Source of the DNA: an uncultured Lachnospiraceae bacterium
GTDB taxonomy: Bacteria; Bacillota; Clostridia; Christensenellales; UBA1242
Length of the DNA: 64,000 nucleotides
Assembly (NCBI GenBank): GCA_964600435.1
Contig: CAZRJB010000002.1
Span: 36,150-100,149 of the forward strand
Direction: 5' to 3'
The notes under the pieces are model-generated. The model did no database searches, was not told the origin of the DNA, and saw nothing but the letters and a program-made list of their open reading frames with translations. Positions 19,535 to 30,600 of this stretch are shown one piece after another. The position numbers and the translations under genes are program-made. Position 1 is the stretch's first letter, and every line of letters starts with the position of its first letter.

Positions 19535-20581
19535 TTATTGTCTGTCACCTAAAGTTAAACTGTATTCTAATTGAGTGTTATCTCTGTATAGATATATGTT
19601 TATTTTATCTCCAATTGAGTGAGAATATAAAACATTTCTTAAATCTAGAAAACTATAAATCAGTTGGTTGTCAATTTTGTAGATTATGTCACCTTTTTGT
19701 AAACCCAAAATTCCCGCAACGCTATTTCTATCAACATCTAAAACATATAGCCCCTCTTTTGATGTTGAAATGTTTTTTGACCTTGCATAGTCTGTTGAAA
19801 CACCAATTATTCCCATATATGGGGCAGAATATCCCGCATCGGCGCTTAGCCTTGAAACAATTTTTTGCCCCGCAACAATTGGTATTGCAAAACCAATGCC
19901 TTCAGCATTTGTTGCTTTTAAGGTGTTTATTCCCACCACTTTGCCATTTAGGTTAATTAGGGGTCCACCACTGTTTCCGGGGTTGATGCTTGCATCGTGC
20001 TGAATTAGGTTTTGCATGTATGTTATTGACCCATCTGAATTTTGAATTTCTAGAGTTCTGTCTAGGGCAGAAACAATGCCTTTGGTTACAGTGTGGCCAA
20101 ATGCCAAAGATAGTGGAGTTCCAATTGCAATAACATCTTGTCCAACTGCAACATCAAGTGTTTCACACTCCAAATATGGCATATCTTTGCTAGACTTTAT
20201 AACAGCCATATCAATTGAACCATCTTGCCAAATTAATGATGCCGGAGCAGATGTTTTATCTGCAAAATAAATTTCAATTGATTTTGCGTTGGATATAACA
20301 TGTTGATTTGTTAAAATATATCCACCGCTTTTTATTGCAACACCGCTTCCAACAGAATAGCCTGCCCCAGTTGTGCTTTTTATTCCAACAATTGCAGTTT
20401 TTACATTTTCAACAACTTGGCTTGTTTTTTGCTCGCCAGCAAGGGTGATTAATCTTGGGGTCATGTTTGTGTTGCCATAGCCACCAACGCCCGGCATTAT
20501 GTTCATGCTGCAACCACCAAAAGCAAAAATTGAAAAAAGAATAAAAACAAAGAAAAAATTATTAAAAACTCTTTTAAACAT
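19535..20581 (-). CDS. S1C (HtrA/DegP-type) serine protease with a PDZ domain
   Basis: N-terminal signal/anchor, GNSGGPL active-site serine motif, and a C-terminal PDZ-like segment (GDIIYKIDNQ). Confidence 0.85.
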   Translation of the reverse strand: MFKRVFNNFFFVFILFSIFAFGGCSMNIMPGVGGYGNTNMTPRLITLAGEQKTSQVVENVKTAIVGIKSTTGAGYSVGSGVAIKSGGYILTNQHVISNAKSIEIYFADKTSAPASLIWQDGSIDMAVIKSSKDMPYLECETLDVAVGQDVIAIGTPLSLAFGHTVTKGIVSALDRTLEIQNSDGSITYMQNLIQHDASINPGNSGGPLINLNGKVVGINTLKATNAEGIGFAIPIVAGQKIVSRLSADAGYSAPYMGIIGVSTDYARSKNISTSKEGLYVLDVDRNSVAGILGLQKGDIIYKIDNQLIYSFLDLRNVLYSHSIGDKINIYLYRDNTQLEYSLTLGDRQ

Positions 20582-20582
20582 A

Positions 20583-20610
20583 TAAAAAACCTCAAATCAA
20601 TTCTGAGGTT
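20583..20610 (-). terminator. hairpin plus T-tract between the MBL-fold gene and the htrA-like gene
   Basis: Minus strand AACCTCA-GAATTGATT-TGAGGTT then TTTTAT and the htrA-like ATG. The 3' arm contains the only SD (GAGG). Confidence 0.55.
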
Positions 20611-20616
20611 TTATTA

Positions 20617-21414
20617 TTAATTATGCTCGTCAATATTAAAAACATAACTTGGATAAATGCTTGTTAGGGAAATTTTTATGTTTTTTCCTTCTTCAATTCC
20701 ATGCTGTTTTAAATAATTGCAAACAGTTGCATATGCCAATTCTGGAGTGTTGTTTTCTCTTGACAAATGAGCAAGCATTATTTGTTTTGTTCCCGTATGT
20801 GCCAAAAACTCAATTGCCTCTGCACAAGCCATGTTTGACAAATGCCCACGCCTGCCTAAAATTCTTTGTTTTAAGGCAAGCGGATAAGAAGGGTTGTTTT
20901 TTAACATTTCTACATCATGATTTGCTTCTATGTATACCAAAACACTTCCTTCTATTTTTGATAAAACCTCAGTGTTAGTATATCCGAGATCGGTTAAAAT
21001 ACTCACCTTTTTTGTTTTTTCTTTAAAACTGAATCCGGAGCAATATTGTGAGTCGTGCGACAAGGGAAAATTTGTTATTGTTATATCTTTAATAATAAAA
21101 TCTAAATCGTCAAAGGCAACAAAGTTGATTTTATCAACTTTTTTTAATTTAGATTTTAAAGCCCACAAGCCCTTGCTATGAACATAAACATTTGTATGAT
21201 ATTTGCTTGCAAAAACATCTAAACCTTTAATATGGTCTGAATGTTCGTGACTAATTAAAATGGCATCTATTTCTTCTGGTGCAACTCTTAAAAGTGCTAA
21301 TCTTTTTGTTATTTCACTTGCCGACAGCCCTGCATCTAATAAAATTTTAGCATTTAAGGTTTCTATGTAAGTTAAGTTTCCGTCACTGCCAGAACTTAAA
21401 TTGCAAACACGCAT
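20617..21414 (-). CDS. MBL-fold metallo-hydrolase (YycJ/WalJ-like)
   Basis: SHEHSDH metal-binding motif. 265 aa. Followed by an HtrA-type protease, as in the B. subtilis walJ-htrC arrangement. Confidence 0.8.
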   Translation of the reverse strand: MRVCNLSSGSDGNLTYIETLNAKILLDAGLSASEITKRLALLRVAPEEIDAILISHEHSDHIKGLDVFASKYHTNVYVHSKGLWALKSKLKKVDKINFVAFDDLDFIIKDITITNFPLSHDSQYCSGFSFKEKTKKVSILTDLGYTNTEVLSKIEGSVLVYIEANHDVEMLKNNPSYPLALKQRILGRRGHLSNMACAEAIEFLAHTGTKQIMLAHLSRENNTPELAYATVCNYLKQHGIEEGKNIKISLTSIYPSYVFNIDEHN

Positions 21415-21857
21415 TATTCCACTTCAACAATTACTTTAAACTTTGCACTAACTGTTGGATGAAGTTTTACTGCAACAACCTGTTCTCCAACCGATTTTAT
21501 TGTTCCGTTTAAAACAATTTTTCTTTTGTCTATGTCTAAATTCATTTGTGACTTAAAAGCATCTGCAATTTCTTTTGATGTTATTGCCCCAAAAAGTTTG
21601 CCATTGTTGCCACACTTAACTTTTACAACAATTGTTTTGTTTTCGATTTGTTTTGCAACTTCAACCGCTTTTAAACGTTCTTGCTCTTTATGATATGCAT
21701 CTGCTTGTTTTTGGCTTGCATTGATTTGACAACCAACAAGGTCCGCCTTTTTTGCCAAATTGTTTTTAAGCAAATATGTTGCATAGCCATCTGCAACATT
21801 AACAATGTCACCTTTTTTGCCTGAGCCTTTGACATCTTTTTGTAAAATAACTTTCAT
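21414..21857 (-). CDS. rplI: 50S ribosomal protein L9
   Basis: [35 protein letters not shown]. Start taken at M24 of the track ORF. Its stop overlaps the downstream ATG (TAATG). Confidence 0.93.
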   Translation of the reverse strand: MKVILQKDVKGSGKKGDIVNVADGYATYLLKNNLAKKADLVGCQINASQKQADAYHKEQERLKAVEVAKQIENKTIVVKVKCGNNGKLFGAITSKEIADAFKSQMNLDIDKRKIVLNGTIKSVGEQVVAVKLHPTVSAKFKVIVEVE

Positions 21858-21991
21858 TTTACACCTCCAAACAATAATATTGTAGTTTAAAATGTGTTTT
21901 TTTGTCAAGAATATAAACACAAGCAAAATTTTTACTAAAAAACATTTTTGCCAACAACCACACTGCCTGGCAAAAAAATAAGGAGATTTTT

Positions 21992-22303
21992 ATGGACTTA
22001 AAATGCCGAAAAACAAATTGTGTTTACAATAACTACTACACTTGCATGGCAAAAAACATTGAAATTGGGTGCAGTCTTGCATGTGAGTCATATGAAAAAA
22101 ATGTTAAAAAAAGTGTTAGAGATAATTCTAGATGCATGTTTGACGAAGCACCAAAATATGCACCACACAGAGCCAAAAAACATATGAGAATTGCATGTTG
22201 TGCCAAATGCATTTTTAATGTTCAAGGAACATGCACAGCAAACGGCTTAACTGTTAATGCAATTGATGAAAAACCTTTGTGCATGACATTTTTAAAACCA
22301 TAA
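21992..22303 (+). CDS. Cys-rich protein with two DUF1540-like modules
   Basis: Two repeats of the pattern C-x2-C...C...C...C (KCRKTNCVYNNYYTCMAKNIEIG...CESY, then ACCAKCIFNVQGTCTANGLTV...CMTF). AAGGAG SD. Confidence 0.6.
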   Translation: MDLKCRKTNCVYNNYYTCMAKNIEIGCSLACESYEKNVKKSVRDNSRCMFDEAPKYAPHRAKKHMRIACCAKCIFNVQGTCTANGLTVNAIDEKPLCMTFLKP

Positions 22304-22335
22304 CAAAGAACTTTTTTTTAATAGCACATTATAGC

Positions 22336-22381
22336 AAAAAAAACAAGCAACACTTTAAACAATGTTGCTTGATTTTTTTTG
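22336..22381. terminator. bidirectional intrinsic terminator between the DUF1540-like gene and rpmE
   Basis: Perfect 9-bp stem CAAGCAACA/TGTTGCTTG (22344-22352 / 22363-22371), flanked by A8 on the left and a T-run on the right. Confidence 0.8.
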
Positions 22382-22421
22382 TAACCATAATTTTTTGTGT
22401 TGTTTAAAACAAAACAAATTT

Positions 22422-22628
22422 TTATTGCATGTTGTGTTTTGCTTTGAATTTTTCCAATCTTCCGCTTGCGTCTACAACTTTTTGTTTTCCTGTAAAAAAT
22501 GGATGGCATTTGTTGCAAATGTCAACTTTGATTGTGTCGCCTTCTGCACAAGAGCCAGTTTTGAATGTATTTCCACAAGCGCAAACAACTGTTACTTCGT
22601 GATAATTTGGTTGTATTTCTGTTTTCAT
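22422..22628 (-). CDS. rpmE: 50S ribosomal protein L31 (type A, Zn-binding)
   Basis: [22 protein letters not shown]...[13 protein letters not shown]. Confidence 0.95.
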   Translation of the reverse strand: MKTEIQPNYHEVTVVCACGNTFKTGSCAEGDTIKVDICNKCHPFFTGKQKVVDASGRLEKFKAKHNMQ

Positions 22629-22689
22629 TTTCGTTCACCCTTTTTATTTTTATTTAACGAATAGAGTTTAACACATACAATTTAGGTTG

Positions 22690-24075
22690 TCAACACATTT
22701 TGGCAACATTTTTAGCCATATCAAATATATCTCCAGCACCAAGAAACAAAACGCCATAGCCACAATTTATTTTGTTTAATATATATTTAACTGCATTTTT
22801 TTTGTTTTTGATATATGTGGCATTTGAACCAACATTTTTGCAAAGATATGCTGCCGAGCCTTTATATTGATACTTTTCTCGTGCCGAATATGTTGGTATT
22901 ATCAATAGTTCATCCGCACACTTAAGCACTTGAATAAAATTGTTAAAAAGAGTTTTTGTTCTTGAATATGTGTGTGGTTGAAAAACAACCAAAAGTTTGT
23001 TTGTGTAAAAATTTTTTGTTTCTTGAATTGCCGAAGCAATTTCATCCGGATGATGAGCATAGTCATGAACAATAAATTTTTTGCCATGCAAAAACTGATA
23101 TCTTCTTTCCACTCCACAAAACTTTGACAAAGCAATAGAAATATCTTTTTTGCTTATTTTTAAAACATAGCAAGTTGCAACACAAGCAAGAGCATTTAAA
23201 ACATTATGTTTGCCAATTAGGTTAAGGTTTATATGCACAAAAAACTTGTTGTTTTTATAGCAATCAAAAGTATATTTACCATTTTTTAGCATTTTGACGT
23301 TTTTTGCTGTAAAGTTTGCATCATTTAGCCCAAAAGTAACCTTGTTTTTATGTTCAATTTTAAAATCTTTGTTAACAACAATTATGTCTGATTGTTGAGC
23401 AAATTTGTTAAATGAAGACACAACATTTTTATAAGTTTTAAAATAATCTAAGTGTTCTGGCGCAACATTTAAAACAACCCCAATTGTTGGTGAAAACTCT
23501 AAAAAACTATCTTTATATTCGCATGCTTCACAAACCATGTATTGGTTTGAATTATAGCAATAATTTTTTTTGCTCTCAACCAAATTGCCACCCAAATGCA
23601 AACTAGGCTGTTTTTTTGCCTGATGCAAAACGCTATATATTAAAGCAGTTGTTGTTGTTTTTCCATGAGCACCAGAAATGCAAATTTTTGTTTTGTATTG
23701 CTTTAAAACAATTGCCAAAAACTTGGCTCTTGACATTGTTGGAATGTTTTTTTGTTTTGCCTCCACCACTTCGGCACTGTTTTCTGTTGCGTTTGAATAG
23801 ACAATTAAATTTGCATCTGAAATGTTTGTTGCATTGTGCGAGTAAAAAACGTTGATGCCAAAACCTTGCAAGTGTTTTGTTACCGAAGAACAATTGCAAT
23901 CGCTTCCCGAAACCCTAAAACCAATATCTTTTGCAAAAATTGCAAGCGAACTCATGCTAACACCACCAATTCCAACAAAGAAAATATGTTCAACCTGACA
24001 AAAAATTGGGTTGCAGTTTGCCATTTCAATTTTTAACTTGTTTAAATCATTTTTGCAGTTTTTTACTTGTTTCAC
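22690..24075 (-). CDS. murC: UDP-N-acetylmuramate--L-alanine ligase
   Basis: FVGIGGVSMSSLA and GAHGKTTTTALI motifs, Mur ligase layout. The true start may be the internal ATG at 24024. Confidence 0.9.
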   Translation of the reverse strand: MKQVKNCKNDLNKLKIEMANCNPIFCQVEHIFFVGIGGVSMSSLAIFAKDIGFRVSGSDCNCSSVTKHLQGFGINVFYSHNATNISDANLIVYSNATENSAEVVEAKQKNIPTMSRAKFLAIVLKQYKTKICISGAHGKTTTTALIYSVLHQAKKQPSLHLGGNLVESKKNYCYNSNQYMVCEACEYKDSFLEFSPTIGVVLNVAPEHLDYFKTYKNVVSSFNKFAQQSDIIVVNKDFKIEHKNKVTFGLNDANFTAKNVKMLKNGKYTFDCYKNNKFFVHINLNLIGKHNVLNALACVATCYVLKISKKDISIALSKFCGVERRYQFLHGKKFIVHDYAHHPDEIASAIQETKNFYTNKLLVVFQPHTYSRTKTLFNNFIQVLKCADELLIIPTYSAREKYQYKGSAAYLCKNVGSNATYIKNKKNAVKYILNKINCGYGVLFLGAGDIFDMAKNVAKMC

Positions 24076-24184
24076 AACAATATATATGAAAAAATATATT
24101 AAATTGTTTTGAAATTTTAAAAGTATATGCTAAAATATGTATGCTAAAGTAAATTAGTAATTAAAAAAAGGAAGGTACAAAAAC

Positions 24185-24448
24185 TTGAAAATTTCAGACA
24201 TTAGAATCAGACTTGTTGACAAAGAAGACAGCAAACTTAAAGCAGTTGCTTCCATAACAATTGATGATTGCTTTGTTGTGCACGACATTAAAGTGATTGA
24301 AGGAAAAGACGGTTTCTTTATTTCTATGCCATCTAAAAAAACTCCAGATGGAGAATATAAAGACATTGTTCATCCAATCAACACAGAAACTCGTGAATCA
24401 ATTTCTGCACAAATTATTGAAGCTTTTAAATCTGCACCAAGAGAATAG
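24185..24448 (+). CDS. spoVG: septation/sporulation regulator SpoVG
   Basis: [67 protein letters not shown] start with an AAGGAAGG SD. Confidence 0.93.
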   Translation: MKISDIRIRLVDKEDSKLKAVASITIDDCFVVHDIKVIEGKDGFFISMPSKKTPDGEYKDIVHPINTETRESISAQIIEAFKSAPRE

Positions 24449-24516
24449 TTTTTTAAAATGTTACAAATGCTTTGTTGGCAAAAAAGTTCATTTTAAACAA
24501 TTTTAGGTTTGCAGTT

Positions 24517-24556
24517 AAAAAAAACCAACACCAAAAATTTTGGTGTTGGTTTTTTT
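24517..24556. terminator. bidirectional intrinsic terminator shared by spoVG and the giant-gene pair
   Basis: Palindrome CCAACACCAAAA-A-TTTTGGTGTTGG (24525-24549), flanked by A8 and T7. Confidence 0.85.
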
Positions 24557-24605
24557 GATTAAGAGATTTGATTAAACAACATTATGAACCAGCTGAAGTT
24601 GATGA

Positions 24606-27600
24606 TTATTGTGTAATTGTTATTGGTGTAATTTGCTCAGGTATAACTGTGTCACTGTTTGTTACAACTTTTTTTGTTAGTAAAATCTTTAAGTCGCTCT
24701 CAGTCATACAGATTTTATCCTGCCAGAGCACAATTTCTCTGTTTATCCCGCTTTCATTTGTGTTAACTCCTTTATATGTTTCAAAAAACACTTCAAGGTC
24801 AGAAAGCAATGTTAATTCTATTTTTACATCTGTTTCTAAGGTAAAACCAACCACATTGTTTTTGAATGTTTTTTCATTCCCTGCAACCAAACCGATTTGT
24901 TGAATGTTTTCAAAAGAATAGGTTGGAATGTTTTCGCCAACAGATTCACTTACATAAGAGAAGTACAATTTGTTTGTTTCTGAAACCTCTTCTGCATTGA
25001 TGTAAGTTTTTTCACCAACAAAATTAATTTTTGTTGTTTCTGTGATAGTATTAGTTTCTTTTGTACAACCGAAAATTCCGCCAACATAGTAAGACCCCAT
25101 AAGTGCCAAACCTGTTGATTTGTTGTAATCTATTTTTCCTTGTTCTTTGTAAACTGTGTTTCCTATGCTAACATTTCCAACTTTTACACCTTCAGCATAG
25201 CCAACAATTCCGCCAACATAACGAGCAATGTATGGGTTGTGAACTTTTAGATGCTGGTCTTCTTGCACGCCTAAAATGTGAGCGCCAACAACCGAATAGC
25301 CGTCTAATGAATTTAGTCCGTCAATTTTTGCACCTTTTGCATAGCCAGCAACACCACCAATTGAAACTGGGGTTATTGGATAACAAGTAAATGCATTGTA
25401 GTTTATAATTTTTGAATTTATTGAGAAATTATTAACTTCTCCTTTAATTTCACCTGCAACATAACCTGCAAAGGCATATGCTTCAACCGAATTGTCAAAC
25501 GAGTTCAAATTAAGGTTAAAGTTTGAAACTTTAGCAATTCCACCAATTCCACCAAACATTAAACCTGAAATCATTGCAAATGTTTTTGCATTTTCGCCAA
25601 CACTTGCTTGAGTTATGTTTGCAACACCGCCAACATAGCCAACTAAAGAACCAGAATAAGAAACCTGACCTCCGTTGGAATTAATCTCAGAAAATTGAAT
25701 TAGCCTTAACAATCCTTCCACATTGGTTTTGTTTGTTGTTAAAGCGGTTGAATTGTAATGAGATGCTTTAACCGAAATGTTTGAATAAATTAAACTTAAG
25801 AATGTTTCATCTGTTGTTCTTCCAAAAAGTCCGCCAACAATGTTTTTACCAATAACAACCACATCTTCACCTAAAACGCTTACATTGGCAACACTTGCAT
25901 TTATTGCTGTTCCAGCAATTGCTCCAACATATATGCTGTTTGGCAAATTGATGTAATATGGCTCAAAAATTGTGTTTTTTAAGCAACTTATTTGAGACTC
26001 TTGACTGCCAATTGACGCAAAAAGTCCGGCTGACAAATTTGAAGTTATGGTGTTAACTGAATAACCAGAAATGCTAAAACCATTACCTTCATAATATCCA
26101 ATTAAAGATTTATTGTATAAATTGCTTGAATATTTTTGTTCTTCTATGTAATTTATGCTACAAATTTGCCTATAATATGAATATTCGCCGTTTAACTGAT
26201 TGCAGTATGTTTCAAACTCGTTAACAGAAGAAATTAAATATGGATTGGTTTCGCTTCCTGGAGTTTGTGAACTTGAAGATGTTGTGTAAATATATTTGTC
26301 TGGATTATTCTTGTCAAAGTTTATGTCTAGTTGAGAGAAAGCAATAATGTTTGGAGAAACCAAATGAAGTCTTCTAGCAATATATTCACCATTTAATGCA
26401 TTTTCGCCATCAACTTTTGTGCTGTATGTAAACATGTTAAACGATGTACTTGCTTCTTTTGTTGAATCAAACACATAAAACCAAACCCCTTGGGATTTTT
26501 TATTGTTTGTTACAAATGACTTTAATTTTGAATCTTGCTTGAATTGACCTGTTGAATCACAAACATTAAAGTCTGCAATGGAAAGTGGTTCAATTCCGTC
26601 AATCACTGAAACAATTTTGTTGTCGGTTTCGCTATAGGTGTAGTTTGTTTGCGATGTGTTGTAGTTTATTAAATTATCTTCAATCAAAAAGAAACAATCT
26701 TTAAAAATAACATTTTCTTCAGTTTGTTCATGAGATGCAACAAAACCATAGTTTAAGGTGTCTTGTTGTTTTAGTTTAGACAACGAGAACACTCTTGTTA
26801 TTGTTCCGGATGTTGCTTTTGCAACAAAACCACTGCTTTCGTTTGTTGACATAATTGGAATGTTTGAATAGCAATCCATAATGTCACCAGAATTTTCATA
26901 AACAAAACCTGCAACTTTTGTTGCTGTGTATATAATTTTTGATGCTTTTGAATCGCTAGCAGCATAATCCGCATAAATTCTTTTTGAAGCTGAATTCATT
27001 AAACCTTCCACATAACACATTGCAATTGAGCCTGTGTTTCTACAAACAAAACCTGCAGTTGTAATGTTTTCGTTTGTGGTTGAAGTTGTGTTGTGAATTC
27101 GTGAATTTTTAATATAAGAACTTGCAACATGCCCAACATTGTTTGCAACAACGCCCGCAAGAGAAGCACCACTTGCTGTTAAGTTGCACTCAACTTGACA
27201 ATTGGTTATGTCGCCATAGTTGTTTGCACAAAGCCCAGCAAAGAACGAATTTTCCATAACAACAATTGTGCTTAAAATGTCAACAGTTACAACGTTGGTT
27301 GATTTTATTGCGCAGTTGGTTATTATGCCGTTGTTTTCCGCAACCAAAAGTGCAATGTTTGCACCATTTGAACTTGTGTTGTTGTCCAAAACAATGTTCA
27401 AGTTGCCTAAAATTTCAATTGTAACATTTTTGATTATGTTTCCAGTTTTGTTTGTTTTAAACAAAGCAAAGTCCGAACTAGAATCCAAAGCAAAATTAAT
27501 TGTTCCTGAAGAAATTTTAATTTTGTAACCATTTCCGTCAAACATTTTTGGAGAAACGGTTAACATTTGCAATTGAGATGGTGATATTGTTATGTCTGCA

Positions 27601-30600
27601 ACTTGTCTATAGTATTCGTCGTCTTTCATTTCCAACATGTCGTTATAGTTATAAATTGGAGTTGCGTTGTCGCTTGTTGTTGACAAATATGAATTAACTT
27701 CAAATTGATAACTTGTTAAAATGTCTGTTTCGGCAGGCTCCGAAATTGTTGGCACGCCTTCAATTGCATCAAGTTTATATTTAATAACAAAAGAGAAATT
27801 GCATGGAGATTGAACAAGTTTTGTTGTTATTGTTTGCCTGTTTAAAATAAATTCGTCATATGATAAATTTGTTGTGTTTGTGATTTGAATTTCGTTTGTG
27901 TTTTTATCTATAAGGAATAATTGAGCATTTGTTTTAAAACTCTCTAAGAATTGATTTTGACTTGGAGTGTTTATGTTTGCACATTCAAACTGAATTTTAT
28001 CTGCAATAACGTTTAAAACATTTGTGCTTTCTAACAATCTTAAATTTATTGTGTTATTTTCACCAAACATATTGTCAGCAACCAAAAATTTATAAATGTG
28101 CAATTTGGTTGTTTTTTTAATGCTTTCTGAAGAATCTTTTTTGCCATAAGATGTTATGATCACTTCTTTATATGCATTGCTTTCATAATTAATATTGTTT
28201 GAAATTTTTAAATAATAACTTCCACCAGCATAAACAACATTTGCAATGCCTGGGTTGTCACTTTCAAAAACAGCTTCATCAGAAGTGTAACCAACAATTG
28301 TTGTGTCTAAAAGATAGGTCATTCCTTCGGCAACATTATATGTTTTGTAATCAGCAAGTTCTTCAACAACCTTTTTGTTGTAAATTTCAAAAGAAACTTG
28401 ATTTGTAAGTTTAGAAATTAAGTTTGTTGTTTCAACCCAAACTGGTTCTGATACATTTTTGTTGTAAAAACTAAAAGTTATTGGAATAATTGTTCCATCG
28501 GCAACAGTTTTTGGGATTTTATAAACCAAACCAATAAGCAAACTATCATCAATTTCTTTAATGGAATTTTTAAATATTCTAATTGTTGAACCGCCAGTGA
28601 TTGATGTGTAAACAGAATCACTAGACACTGTGCCTTTTTTGTTGGCTGAATCGTATTGAATATATCCCAAATAGCCACCTTCTGCTTGAAGTTGCATGGT
28701 GACATCAACGTAGTCAAATTGGCTATATTTTGTGTTTACATATGCATTTATAGTGTTCAATTCTGCTGTTGATGCTTGATTGCCTGAGTAAAGCATTTCT
28801 TTTAAGTCAAATGTGTTTACTCCGTTTGATGATGTTATCATTTCTGTATTGTTTGAAGAATCAAAGTTGTTTATCAAAACTGAAGAGATGGTTTCTGGGG
28901 TTATTGTTATGTAAACGGTTATGCTTTGATTTGTTTTGTGTGATGTTAAAACCAATTTAATGGTTTTTCCAACCAAATAATTATAGGTTTCTGTGTCAAA
29001 ACTGCCTTCGCCCAACATTCTTAAAGAAAAATCAATTCTTTTTGTTAAGTTTTGTAAATCAATGACATCACCCCATTTTAACGTGAACAATGTTTTTTCT
29101 TCTTCTGTTTCAAAAGTACCTGAACCTTTTATACCAATTTTTTGTGAATTATTTTTTAAATTGAAATATTGATAATCAATTATTGTGTTTCCGTTTGAAT
29201 CTTTTGTTTCTTCTCCAACACCCAGTTGTGCAGAAAAGAAATCAGAATCATCAAAAGTGTTGTAAGTTAAGAAAAATTCGATTGTGTCGGTTGGTTCTGC
29301 GGACAAATGAGATTTGTTTGTTTTTACATTTTCAATTCCCATTGTTGCTTCAACTGTATAACCATTTAATTCGTAAGTGTATGAAGAGTTAATTGTTTTT
29401 TGTTTTGCAAAAACTAAAAGTTTTTTGTTGTTGTCACCTACAACCATATCCTCAGAATTATCAGTTTTCTTTGTTTCACAATAATATGTATAACCATCGA
29501 GTTTAAAAATTGTGTAAAAACTTATTTCGTCAGTAGTTATTTCCGCTTTTCTTGTTACAAAAGCAGTTGTGCCTTGAACAGAAATTAATAAATCTGTTAT
29601 ATTTCCATTAACTTCAAAAGAAATTTCGTTGTTTTGTGCCAAGGTTATTGGTGTGTTTTTGTAGTTATAGAAACTTGAAGCTGCCTTGAAATATACAAAC
29701 GTTGTTTGATTGTTGACCAATGTGATTTTGCTCATTGATTCTGTTTTTTCTTTGTTTTTGTAAGCAGTGATTGTGTCGTAGTAATTTGTTATGTTTAACT
29801 CTGCTGTTGTTTGGTTTGTGTAGTTTAATGCGCTAGAAATTTTTATGTTTAAGGCACCAACACCCAAAATGCAAATGTTTTTGCCATAATATTCAAGCCT
29901 TGCAACCGAAGGATTTTTAATTTCCAAATCTATATCTCTGCAAGTTATGTTAAGATATTTTAAGAGAGAAATTGTGTCTGTTAGGTTGGAAATTTTTTGT
30001 TGGTCGACACTATTGCTTGCTTGCATATATGCGGCAATGACCATTTTTATGTTGTTTGGCAATGAGTCTTCTGAGCCTTCAGTGAATTTGCTATAATAAT
30101 ATATATTGGTTGAATCTGCAAAAACAACATCGCCATAATAGTAATCTTTGGAGTTGCCATCATCGCCGCTATAATCATATTCGATTGAAGTATTACTATT
30201 TGCAGCGCTTAAACCAGAATGAATATTTCTTTTAAAATATGTTTCAGCGGTGATGCCTGCAGCAATAGAACTTGGTGCAGTAACAAGAACCTTGTTTGAA
30301 TCATAGGCACCATAATAAACAATAAACGAAGCGTTTATGCCGGTTCTTTCACCGTTGTCAACTGCTTGAATTTTGTTGTTTGAATAAGTTGTACCACTTG
30401 AAGCTGCAACAAATCCACTTAAAATTGTGCCTGAGCCTCTAACAAAAATTCTTGAAGTGTTGTTTTTAATTTCTCCACCACTTGAAGTCGCAACAAAGCC
30501 GGCAACATTGGTTGCGGATAATGTTTTTTTGGTATTATCTGTGTTGGTTTTTATTATTCTTCCATCAATTTCGCCGGTCACTTTTAAGCCAGAAATTGTG

